This document shows positions 36,592-44,618 of a stretch of 64,000 nt of DNA, one piece after another. This DNA comes from an uncultured Actinomycetes bacterium. Its GTDB lineage: Bacteria > Actinomycetota > UBA4738 > HRBIN12. The stretch is from positions 475,709-539,708 of the forward strand of contig CAWCXU010000013.1 of NCBI GenBank assembly GCA_963799625.1, read 5' to 3'. A program made the position numbers and the translations under genes. The stretch's first letter is position 1. Each line of letters starts with the position of its first letter. The notes beneath the pieces are model-generated. The model made no database searches, was not told the origin of the DNA, and saw only the letters and a program-made list of their open reading frames with translations.

Positions 36592-38087
36592 GAGGCCTCC
36601 TGCAACGAGAAGGCGAAGGTCGCGCCCCCGCCAGGGGTGTCCTCGAGCCAGATCTCCCCGCCCATCAGATCGACGAACCCCCGCGCGATCGCGAGCCCGA
36701 GGCCGGAGCCGAGTTTCGTCGTCCGCTCGTCGAGCCGGGCGAAGGGCAGGAACAGCTGGGTGCGCTCCCGCGTGGTGAGTCCCGCCCCGTGGTCGACGAC
36801 CTTGACCGCCACCTGGGCGCGCCGTTGCCCGTGGTCGGTCGGACCGATCTCGATCTCCACCGACGGGCTGCCGGCGGCCACGGCCGACCGCGCCGCGTTG
36901 TCCAGGAGGTTCGACACCACCCGGGGGAAGAAGACCGGGTCGGCGACCGCGACCTCGTGCCCGTCGTCGATCGCCATGGCGATGTGCACGTCGGGCCAGC
37001 GCAGCGCCGCCGCGTCGACCTCGGCCGTGACGGTCTCCGCGAGATCGACGTGCTCGAGGTGCGCCTGCACGACGCCGGCCTCGATCCGCGACAGGTCCAG
37101 GAGGTTCGCGACGAGCGCGTCGAGCCGGTCGGCCTCGCTGTCGACCACGTGCAGGACGGCCGCACGCTCCGCCGTCGAGCGCTCCACCTCGGGATCGAGC
37201 AGATCGGTGACCGACGCCTTGATCGCCGCCAGGGGGCTCCGGAGGTCGTGCGAGACCGCGGCGAGCATCGTTCGGCGCGCCGTCTCGGTCTGCCGGAGGA
37301 TCTCGGCGTCGGTCGCGGTGCGCAGCAGCCGGTCGCGCTCGAGCACCAGCGCGAGCTGGTCACAGACCGCACGCAGCACCCGCACCTCCGCGGGGTCCAG
37401 CGCGGGCCGCGACCCGGTGAGCACGATCAGGCCCAGCGTTCGGTTGCCGACCGACAACGGCAGCCGTTGCGGCGCGCGTCCCGGGTCGGCCGGGTTCCAC
37501 GACGGGCTGATCGACCCGGCCGGAGCGCCGACGACCACCCGCTCGTCGAGCCCACCCTCGGCGCCGCTCACGAACAGGGCGCCCGCGTCGAATCCGAACC
37601 GCGTGACGACGTCGCCGAGCAGCGCGCCGTACATCTCCTCTCCCGGACCCCGCACCACGAGGTCGCGGCTCAGCTCCTGCAGCGTCTGCAGCTCGCGCTC
37701 CTTCGCCTCGGCGACCTCCGCCCGCTCCACCGCACGGGAGTAGAGCGAGGAGATCAGCACCGACAACGCGAGGAACACGACGAGCGCGACCACGTGCTCG
37801 CCCCGTGCGATCACGAACGAGTCGTACGGCGGCAGGAAGAAGAAGTTGAACGTCAGGAACGACACGACCGCCGCGAGCAACCCCGGTCCCAGCCGCCCGA
37901 CGATCGCCGCGGCGACCACGACGACCAGGAAGGTGAAACCGATCGTGAGCGGCTGCAAGGTGTCGCGGAACGGGAGGAACACGAGCACGACAGCCGCCGG
38001 ACCGGCGACCGCGATGAGGTACCCGATCGCGCGAAGACGTCCTCTCGGCGCCGCGCGGAGCAGCGCGAGGGTGCGTGCGGTGCGCAT
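36588..38087 (-). CDS. kdpD: KdpD-type transmitter-only sensor kinase HK3, divergent from kdpFABC
   Basis: FLTFNFFFLPPYDSFVIARGEHVVALVVFLALSV (DUF4118 signature), GAF-like middle, H-box AAVSHDLRSPLAAIKAS, HATPase (LLDNAARSAV, DHGAGL, GSGLGLAIARGFVDLMGG). Confidence 0.85.
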   Translation of the reverse strand: MRTARTLALLRAAPRGRLRAIGYLIAVAGPAAVVLVFLPFRDTLQPLTIGFTFLVVVVAAAIVGRLGPGLLAAVVSFLTFNFFFLPPYDSFVIARGEHVVALVVFLALSVLISSLYSRAVERAEVAEAKERELQTLQELSRDLVVRGPGEEMYGALLGDVVTRFGFDAGALFVSGAEGGLDERVVVGAPAGSISPSWNPADPGRAPQRLPLSVGNRTLGLIVLTGSRPALDPAEVRVLRAVCDQLALVLERDRLLRTATDAEILRQTETARRTMLAAVSHDLRSPLAAIKASVTDLLDPEVERSTAERAAVLHVVDSEADRLDALVANLLDLSRIEAGVVQAHLEHVDLAETVTAEVDAAALRWPDVHIAMAIDDGHEVAVADPVFFPRVVSNLLDNAARSAVAAGSPSVEIEIGPTDHGQRRAQVAVKVVDHGAGLTTRERTQLFLPFARLDERTTKLGSGLGLAIARGFVDLMGGEIWLEDTPGGGATFAFSLQEAS

Positions 38088-38150
38088 GGTCGAAGGATAG
38101 CCAGCGCGGCAACGACGCTCGACCGTCCGGACCGCCCGCGGACGAGACCT

Positions 38151-38170
38151 TTACGGATCCCGTATGCCGC
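38151..38170. promoter_or_regulatory. 20-mer TTACGGATCCCGTATGCCGC in the kdpD3 / kdpF divergent intergenic region. Conserved with 33399..33418. A further TCACGG hexamer lies about 25 bp downstream.
   Basis: Read directly; 17/20 identity to the HK2-permease2 intergenic motif. Confidence 0.35.
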
Positions 38171-38234
38171 ACGCGTCGTTCCTCACGGTTGCCTGATGTC
38201 CGCTGACTACGGTCGGGGCCAGGAGGTGAGGACC

Positions 38235-38318
38235 GTGTGGGATCTCTGGGTCGGCGTCATCACCGCGGTGTTCTTCGTGGTGGCCTTCGCCCTCGTCCGC
38301 TGGTTCGACGCGATATGA
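38235..38318 (+). CDS. Small hydrophobic leader peptide (27 aa, single TM) preceding kdpF/kdpA
   Basis: AGGAGG then GTG..., VWDLWVGVITAVFFVVAFALVRWFDAI*. Stop overlaps the next small ORF (ATGA). Confidence 0.4.
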   Translation: MWDLWVGVITAVFFVVAFALVRWFDAI

Positions 38319-38403
38319 ACATCGCCGATGCGCTCGAGCTCGCGCTCGCGCTCGCGCTGCTCGTCTATCTCGTGTACGTGTTGATCCGCCCGGAGCGATT
38401 CTG
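38314..38403 (+). CDS. kdpF: KdpF-like K+-transporting ATPase small subunit (29 aa)
   Basis: MNIADALELALALALLVYLVYVLIRPERF*. The LVYLVYVLI core resembles KdpF (…LGYLVYALI…). Its TGA overlaps the kdpA ATG. Confidence 0.55.
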
Positions 38404-40073
38404 ATGGGCACGATCGTCGTCTACACGCTCCTGTTGATCGTGCTGACGCCGCCGCTGGGCGCCTACCTGTACCGCGTCTACACGAGCGAGCGCACCGGCC
38501 GGATCGAGGGCGTCTTCTATCGGGTGCTCGGCGTGAACCCCGACGCCGAGCAATCGTGGCGCCGGTACGCGACGGCGGTCCTGTGGTTCAGCGTGATCAG
38601 CATGGTGTTCGTCTACCTCGTGCTGCGGTGGCAACAGCATCTACCGCTGAACCCCGAAGGCTTCGCGGGCGTGAACCCGTACCTGTCGTTCAACACCGCC
38701 GCGAGCTTCATGACCAACACGAACTGGCAGTCCTACGGCGGCGAGACGACGATGAGCTACCTCTCCCAGATGCTCGCGCTGACGTTCCAGAACTTCGTGT
38801 CGGCCGCGGTGGGCATCGCGGTCGTGATCGCGATGATCCGCGGGTTCACGCGCGCCGGCACCGACAACGTCGGGAACTTCTGGCGCGACCTCGTGCGCGG
38901 CGTCGTCTACGTCCTGTTGCCGATGTCCGTGCTGGTCGCGATCGTCCTCATGAGCCAGGGTGTCGTGCAGACCCTCAGCCCCTCCGCGTCGGTCACCGGG
39001 ATCCAGGGGTTCGCGCAGGTGATCGCGCGCGGTCCGGTCGCGAGCCAGATCGCGATCAAGCAGCTCGGCACGAACGGCGGCGGGTTCTTCAACGTGAACT
39101 CGGCGCACCCGTTCGAGAACGCGACGCCGATCTCGAACTTCGTCGAGGCGTTCGCGATCCTGTGGATCGCCGCGGCGCTGACCTACACGTTCGGCAAGAT
39201 GGTCGGCAACGTCCGCCAGGGCTGGGTGCTGTTCGGCGTGATGTGGATCCTGCTGGTCGCCGGTCTGGCGCTCACCGTCCCCGGCGAGCGGACCGCCACC
39301 CCCGCGATGCAAGCGGCGGGCGTCGCCGGCAGACCGCGCCCAACCTCGAGGGCAAGGAGGTGCGCTTCGGACCCGACGCGTCGTCGCTGTGGTCGGTCGC
39401 CACCACCGACGCCTCGAACGGGAGCGTCAACTCGATGCTCGACTCGTACCAGCCGCTCGGCGGGCTCGCGCCGATGTTCAACATCGCGATCGGCGAGGTG
39501 ATCTTCGGCGGGGTCGGCAGCGGGCTGTACGGGATGATCTTCTACGTCGTGATCGCCGTGTTCATCGGCGGGCTGATGGTCGGCCGCACCCCCGAGTACC
39601 TCGGCAAGAAGATCGGCGCGCGCCAGGTCAAGATCGTCGTGATCGCCGTGCTCGTGCCGTTCCTGGTGGCGCTCGCGTTCACGGCGTTGGCGGTGGTGAC
39701 ACCGTCGGGCCTGGCCGGGCCGCTCAACACCGGCCCTCACGGGTTCAGCGAGATCTTCTACGCGTACCTGTCGCAGGGGAACAACAACGGTTCGGCGTTC
39801 GCGGGGCTCACCGCGAGCTCGCCGTACTACACGATCACCGGCGGCATCGCGATGCTCGTCGCCCGCTTCGTGCCGCTGATCGCGGCGCTCGCGCTCGGCG
39901 CGAGCGTGGGCAGGGAGCGCACCGTGCCGTTCACGGCGGGGACGCTGCGGACCGACACGGGACTGTTCGCCGGCCTGCTGACCGGCGTGATCGTGATCAT
40001 CGGCGCCTTGACGTTCCTGCCCGGGCTCGCCCTCGGTCCGATCGTCGAGCACCTGCAGAAGGGGCTGAGCTGA
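38404..40073 (+). pseudogene. kdpA: KdpA (K+-transporting ATPase subunit A) with a -1 frameshift near 39330. Possible pseudogene or assembly indel.
   Basis: N-terminal 300 aa (MGTIVVYTLLLIVLTPPLGAYLYRVY...) are in ORF 38404..39501. The remainder (NLEGKEVRFGPDASSLWSVATTDASNGSVNSMLDSYQPLGG...EVIFGGVGSGLYGM...) is in the frame of ORF 38556..40073. The junction …AGVAG|QTAPNLEGKE aligns with KdpA if one c is restored in gccggc(c)agacc. Confidence 0.8.
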
Positions 40074-40074
40074 G

Positions 40075-42142
40075 ATGTCGGTGACCGCCCCGCCGCAGAC
40101 AGCGCCCACCACGCAGACGACGATCCGCTCGCGTCCCTTGTTCGACGGACCGATCGTGCGTCAGGCGATCGTCGACAGCTTCACGAAGCTGAACCCGCGC
40201 ACGCTCCTGCGCAACCCGGTGATCTTCGTCGTCGAGGTCGTGTCCATGGTGGTCACGATCCGGATCGTCGCCGACGCCGTCAACGGCGGTGCGGTCGCGT
40301 TCGACACCGCGATCGGACTCGGGCTGTGGTTCACGGTGCTGTTCGCGAACTTCGCCGAGGCGATGGCGGAAGGGCGCGGCAAGGCGCAGGCCGAGACCCT
40401 GCGGCGCACCCGCGCCGACCTCGTGGCCCGGCGGCTCACCGCCGACGGCACCGAGGAGACCGTGCAGGCGTCCGACCTGCGCGCCGGCGACGTCGTGATG
40501 GTGTCGGCCGGCGAGCTGATCCCGGGCGACGGCGAGATCGTCGAAGGGATCGCGTCGGTCGACGAGTCGGCGATCACCGGCGAGTCGGCCCCCGTGATCC
40601 GGGAGTCCGGCGGCGACCGCTCGGCCGTGACCGGCGGCACCAAGGTGCTCTCGGACTGGATCAAGGTCCGGATCACGGCCGAGCCCGGCGAGGGCTTCAT
40701 CGACCGGATGATCCGGCTCGTCGAAGGCGCCGAGCGCCAGAAGACGCCGAACGAGATCGCGCTGTCGCTCCTGCTCGTGAAGTTCACGATCATCTTCCTG
40801 ATGGTGATCGTGGCCCTCCAGCCGTTCGCCATCTACGCGGGCAACCGCGTGAGCGACGCCGTGCTGATCGCCCTGTTCGTGTGCCTGATCCCGACCACGA
40901 TCGGGGGCCTGCTGTCCGCGATCGGGATCGCCGGGATGGACCGGCTCGTCCAGCGCAACGTGCTCGCGATGAGCGGCCGCGCGGTCGAGGCCGCCGGCGA
41001 CGTGTCCGCGCTGCTGCTCGACAAGACCGGCACGATCACCCTCGGGAACCGGCAGGCGGTGGCGTTCCTCCCGGCGCCCGGCGTCGACGAGCGGCGAGCT
41101 CGCCGAGGTCGCGCAGATGGCCTCGCTCGCCGACGAGACCCCCGAGGGTCGCTCGATCGTCGTGCTCGCGAAGGAGCGCTTCAACCTGCGCGAGCACGAC
41201 TTCATGGAGGCCCACGCCGAGTTCGTCCCGTTCACCGCGCAGACGCGGATGAGCGGCGTGAACCTCAACGGCAGCGAGATCCGCAAGGGCGCCGTCGACG
41301 CGATCCGCGGCTGGTCCGGGCGGGACCTGCCGCCCGAGCTCGACGAGGCGGTCGAGCGCATCTCGCGCGCGGGCGGCACACCGCTCGCGGTCGCGAAGGA
41401 CCACGTCCCGATGGGGGTCGTCGAGCTCAAGGACATCATCAAGGACGGACTGGTCGAGCGGTTCGACCAGCTGCGGCGGATGGGGATCCGCACGGTGATG
41501 ATCACCGGCGACAACCCGCTGACCGCGGCCGCGATCGCGCAGGAGTCCGGTGTCGACGATTTCCTCGCCGAGGCGACGCCCGAGACCAAGATGGCGCTGA
41601 TCCGCAAGGAGCAGGAGGGCGGCGTGCTCGTCGCGATGACCGGCGACGGCACGAACGACGCCCCCGCGCTCGCGCAGGCGGACGTCGGGGTCGCGATGAA
41701 CACCGGCACGTCGGCGGCGAAGGAGGCCGGCAACATGGTCGACCTCGACTCGAACCCCACGAAGCTGATGGACATCGTCGAGATCGGCAAGCAGCTGCTG
41801 ATCACCCGTGGCGCGCTCACAACCTTCTCGATCGCGAACGACGTCGCGAAGTACTTCGCGATCATCCCGGCGATGTTCGTGACGACGTATCCGGCCCTCG
41901 ATCGGTTGAACGTGATGCACCTGACCTCGCCGCAGTCCGCGATCTTGTCGGCGGTGATCTTCAACGCGCTGATCATCGTGGCGCTCGTGCCGCTCGCGCT
42001 CCGCGGCGTGCGCTACCGGCCGGTCGGCGCCGAGGGTCTGCTGCGCCGCAACCTGCTGATCTACGGTCTCGGCGGGATCATCGTGCCCTTCATCGGCATC
42101 AAGCTGATCGACATGTTCCTCGGGCTGGTGCATTTCCCGTGA
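40075..42142 (+). pseudogene. kdpB: KdpB (P-type ATPase catalytic subunit) with a frameshift near 41092. Possible pseudogene or assembly indel.
   Basis: N-terminus through [24 protein letters not shown] is in the frame of ORF 40075... The C-terminus ([29 protein letters not shown]...[22 protein letters not shown]...[25 protein letters not shown]...) is in ORF 41117..42142. The 4-nt stretch cggc between the frames indicates a +1/-2 indel. Confidence 0.8.
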
Positions 42143-42726
42143 TCCGCACGATCGTCCGCGCGCTGCTCGCCACGCTCGTGCTCGCGGCCCTGACGGGGAT
42201 CGCGTACCCGCTGGTGATGACCGGGATCGGCCAGGTTGCGTTCGCCCACGACGTGAACGGCTCGCTCGTCGACGTCAACGGTCAACCGGTCGGCAGCTCG
42301 CTCATCGGACAGACCTGGAACGGCCCGGAGTGGTTCTACGGGCGACCGTCGGCGGTCGGCGACGACGCGTCGACGTCGTCGGGCTCGAACCTCGGGCCTC
42401 GGTCCCAACAGCTCGCCGACGACATCGAGACGCAGGCGCGCCAGATCCTCAAGATCGAGTCGCCCTACACACCCGGCCTCACGACGGCCAGCATCCCGGT
42501 CGACCTGGTGACCTCCTCGGGCAGCGGCCTCGACCCCGATATCTCGGTCGCCGCCGCCCGGTTCCAAGCGCCGCGGATCGCGGCCGTTCGCGGGCTCCCG
42601 CTCGACCAGGTGCTGAGCCTGATCGACGCGCACACCGCCCACGAGACCCTCGGGTTCCTCGGAGAGCCGCGGGTGAACGTCCTGGAGCTCAACCTCGCGC
42701 TGCAGGGGGTGGCGCCACGAGCGTGA
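42139..42726 (+). CDS. kdpC: KdpC (K+-transporting ATPase subunit C)
   Basis: [35 protein letters not shown]...[25 protein letters not shown] (KdpC signature). GTG overlaps the kdpB stop (GTGA). Confidence 0.8.
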   Translation: MIRTIVRALLATLVLAALTGIAYPLVMTGIGQVAFAHDVNGSLVDVNGQPVGSSLIGQTWNGPEWFYGRPSAVGDDASTSSGSNLGPRSQQLADDIETQARQILKIESPYTPGLTTASIPVDLVTSSGSGLDPDISVAAARFQAPRIAAVRGLPLDQVLSLIDAHTAHETLGFLGEPRVNVLELNLALQGVAPRA

Positions 42727-43038
42727 CCACCGCCCTGCAGCGCACCGTCCTCGTGATGGGACGCCACGTCACGGAGCCACCACGGCTCTACCCGGGCGAC
42801 GTCGCCGGGTCGATGGCCGTCGTCGTGATCACGGTCGGGTGGCCGGTCACGTCGGCCCAGTCGATGGCGGTCGAACAAGCGCTCGAACTCGCGCGCGAGC
42901 GTCGCGTCGCGTTCGACGCGTTCCTGGTCGGCTCGATCACCGAGGGACTCGAGGTGGTCGACACCCGTGACCGGGTGCTGTTCGCCGGCGACCGACGCGA
43001 GGGGAAACGGATCGTGCGCGGCCTCGGCCCGCGCGGGA

Positions 43039-44226
43039 TCACCGCGCGCGCTGCGCGATGACGTGGATGTCGACGTTCGCGGCCTGCCTGATCAGCTCGG
43101 TGACGAACGATCCCCGCAGGATCTCCTTCCACCGCGAGCGGCGTGATTCCCCGACCACGAGCTGCGTGACGTACTGGGTGTAGGCGACGTTCAGCACGCC
43201 CGCGACCGGGTCCTCGTCGTCGATCACGAGGAGCTCTCCGCCGAGGTCGGCCACCAGTTGCTTGAGCTCGACGAGCCACGCGGTCGCCTCGGGCTCGTGC
43301 CGCTCGCGCGCGTGGACCACGAGGAAGTCGCCTCGGGCCCGCTGGGCGATCCGCGCGCCGCGCCGCACGAGGTCGTCGGCGGAGTCCGGCTCGCCGACGC
43401 AGACCAGGACGCGTTCGCGGGTCTCGGGCGTGCGCCCCTTCGACCATCGCGACAGGAGCGTCTCGTCGACCTGGTTCGCGACCCGCATCAGCGCCAGTTC
43501 GCGGAGCGCCGTCAGGTTGTCGGTCGTGAAGTAGCGCTGCAGCGCGAGCTCCGCTTTCGCGGGATCGGGGTAGACGTTGCCGTGCAGCATCCGACGTCGC
43601 AGGGCGTGCGGCGACATGTCGACGAGCTCGATCTGGTCGGCCAGCTCGACCACCCAATCGGGAACCGTCTCGCGCTGCTGCACCCCGGTCACGTCGGCGA
43701 CGACGTCGTTCAGGCTCTCGAGATGCTGGATGTTGACCGTGGTGATGACCTCGATCCGTGCCGCCAGCAGGTCGATCACGTCCTCCCAGCGCTTGCCGCG
43801 CCGGGCGCCCGGGACGTTCGTATGCGCGAGCTCGTCGACGAGCGCGATCTCGGGCTGGCGCTGTACCACCGCGTCGGTGTCCATCTCGTCGAAGATGGCG
43901 CCGCGGTACTCGATCGTGCGCTCGGCGACGGTCTCGAGGCCTTGGAGCATCTCGAGCGTGCGTGGCCGGCCGTAGGTCTCGACGCACGCGACGACGACCC
44001 GGCTTCCGCGCTCGGCGCGACGACGCCCCTCCGACAGCATCGCGTAGGTCTTGCCGACACCGGGCGCGGCGCCGAGGTAGATCCGAAGCGGCGCCGACTT
44101 GGCCGCGCGCGCCTCGCTCCGGTTCCACTGCGGCGGCGCCGACGGCTCCGCGACGACCGTATGCCCGATCAGGGCCTCGACCGACTCCACTCCCCGCTCT
44201 GGCCCGCGCTCGGCGCTCGTCGCCAT
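43039..44226 (-). CDS. Stand-alone KdpD N-terminal sensor domain protein (KdpD_N P-loop domain + Usp domain), no TM or transmitter domains
   Basis: RIYLGAAPGVGKTYAMLSEGRRRAERG (KdpD Walker A) ...VITTVNIQHLESLNDVV..., then Usp-like ERVLVCVGEPDSADDLVRRGARIAQ...LLVIDDEDPVAGVLNVAYTQYVTQLVVG. Convergent with kdpC. The overlapping ORF 42788..44128(-) is an R/G-rich artefact. Confidence 0.85.
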   Translation of the reverse strand: MATSAERGPERGVESVEALIGHTVVAEPSAPPQWNRSEARAAKSAPLRIYLGAAPGVGKTYAMLSEGRRRAERGSRVVVACVETYGRPRTLEMLQGLETVAERTIEYRGAIFDEMDTDAVVQRQPEIALVDELAHTNVPGARRGKRWEDVIDLLAARIEVITTVNIQHLESLNDVVADVTGVQQRETVPDWVVELADQIELVDMSPHALRRRMLHGNVYPDPAKAELALQRYFTTDNLTALRELALMRVANQVDETLLSRWSKGRTPETRERVLVCVGEPDSADDLVRRGARIAQRARGDFLVVHARERHEPEATAWLVELKQLVADLGGELLVIDDEDPVAGVLNVAYTQYVTQLVVGESRRSRWKEILRGSFVTELIRQAANVDIHVIAQRAR

Positions 44227-44255
44227 GGCCGAAGCGTACGCCCGCGCCGGTCGGT

Positions 44256-44615
44256 TCAGACGGTGAGCTCGAGGCGCGGGTTCATCATCAGCACCCGGCC
44301 GTGCTGCTCGCCGATCACGCCCTCGACCACCACGCGCGTACCCAGCGTGAGCCCGCGGATCGCCCGGCGTCCCATGAACTGGATCGAGACCTCGCCGGTC
44401 CCGTCGGAGATCACGACCTCGAGCGACTCGTTGTCCTGCATCGGCAGCACCGTGAGCCGCCGGATCACCCCGGCGATCTTCACACGCTCGCGCGCGTGCG
44501 CATCGCCGATCCGCACCGAACCCGGCACGGCCTCGGCCCAGTCCCGGATCTCCGCATCTAGGCGCGCCTCATCGGACTCGGTGAGCCGGGCGAGCCAGCG
44601 GCGGAGCGGTCCCAT
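44256..44615 (-). CDS. OB-fold nucleic-acid-binding domain protein (tRNA_anti-like)
   Basis: LEVVISDGTGEVSIQFMGRRAIRGLTLGTRVVVEGVIGEQHGRVLMMNP, typical of the small OB-fold family. Confidence 0.55.
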   Translation of the reverse strand: MGPLRRWLARLTESDEARLDAEIRDWAEAVPGSVRIGDAHARERVKIAGVIRRLTVLPMQDNESLEVVISDGTGEVSIQFMGRRAIRGLTLGTRVVVEGVIGEQHGRVLMMNPRLELTV

Positions 44616-44618
44616 CGA

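Noticed and set aside
27426-38234. c-di-AMP (ydaO/kimA) riboswitch upstream of the KimA-like genes or of kdpF
   Set aside because: The intergenic spacers are only 40 bp (kimA-like-1), 75 bp (kimA-like-2) and about 147 bp (kdpF). No ACGGGGA / pseudoknot hallmarks of the ydaO motif were seen. Rfam RF00379 scanning would confirm absence.
42788-44128. 446-aa minus-strand ORF overlapping the KdpD-N gene
   Set aside because: R/G-rich alternative frame of the same strand. The frame of ORF 43039..44226 carries the diagnostic KdpD Walker A and Usp motifs.
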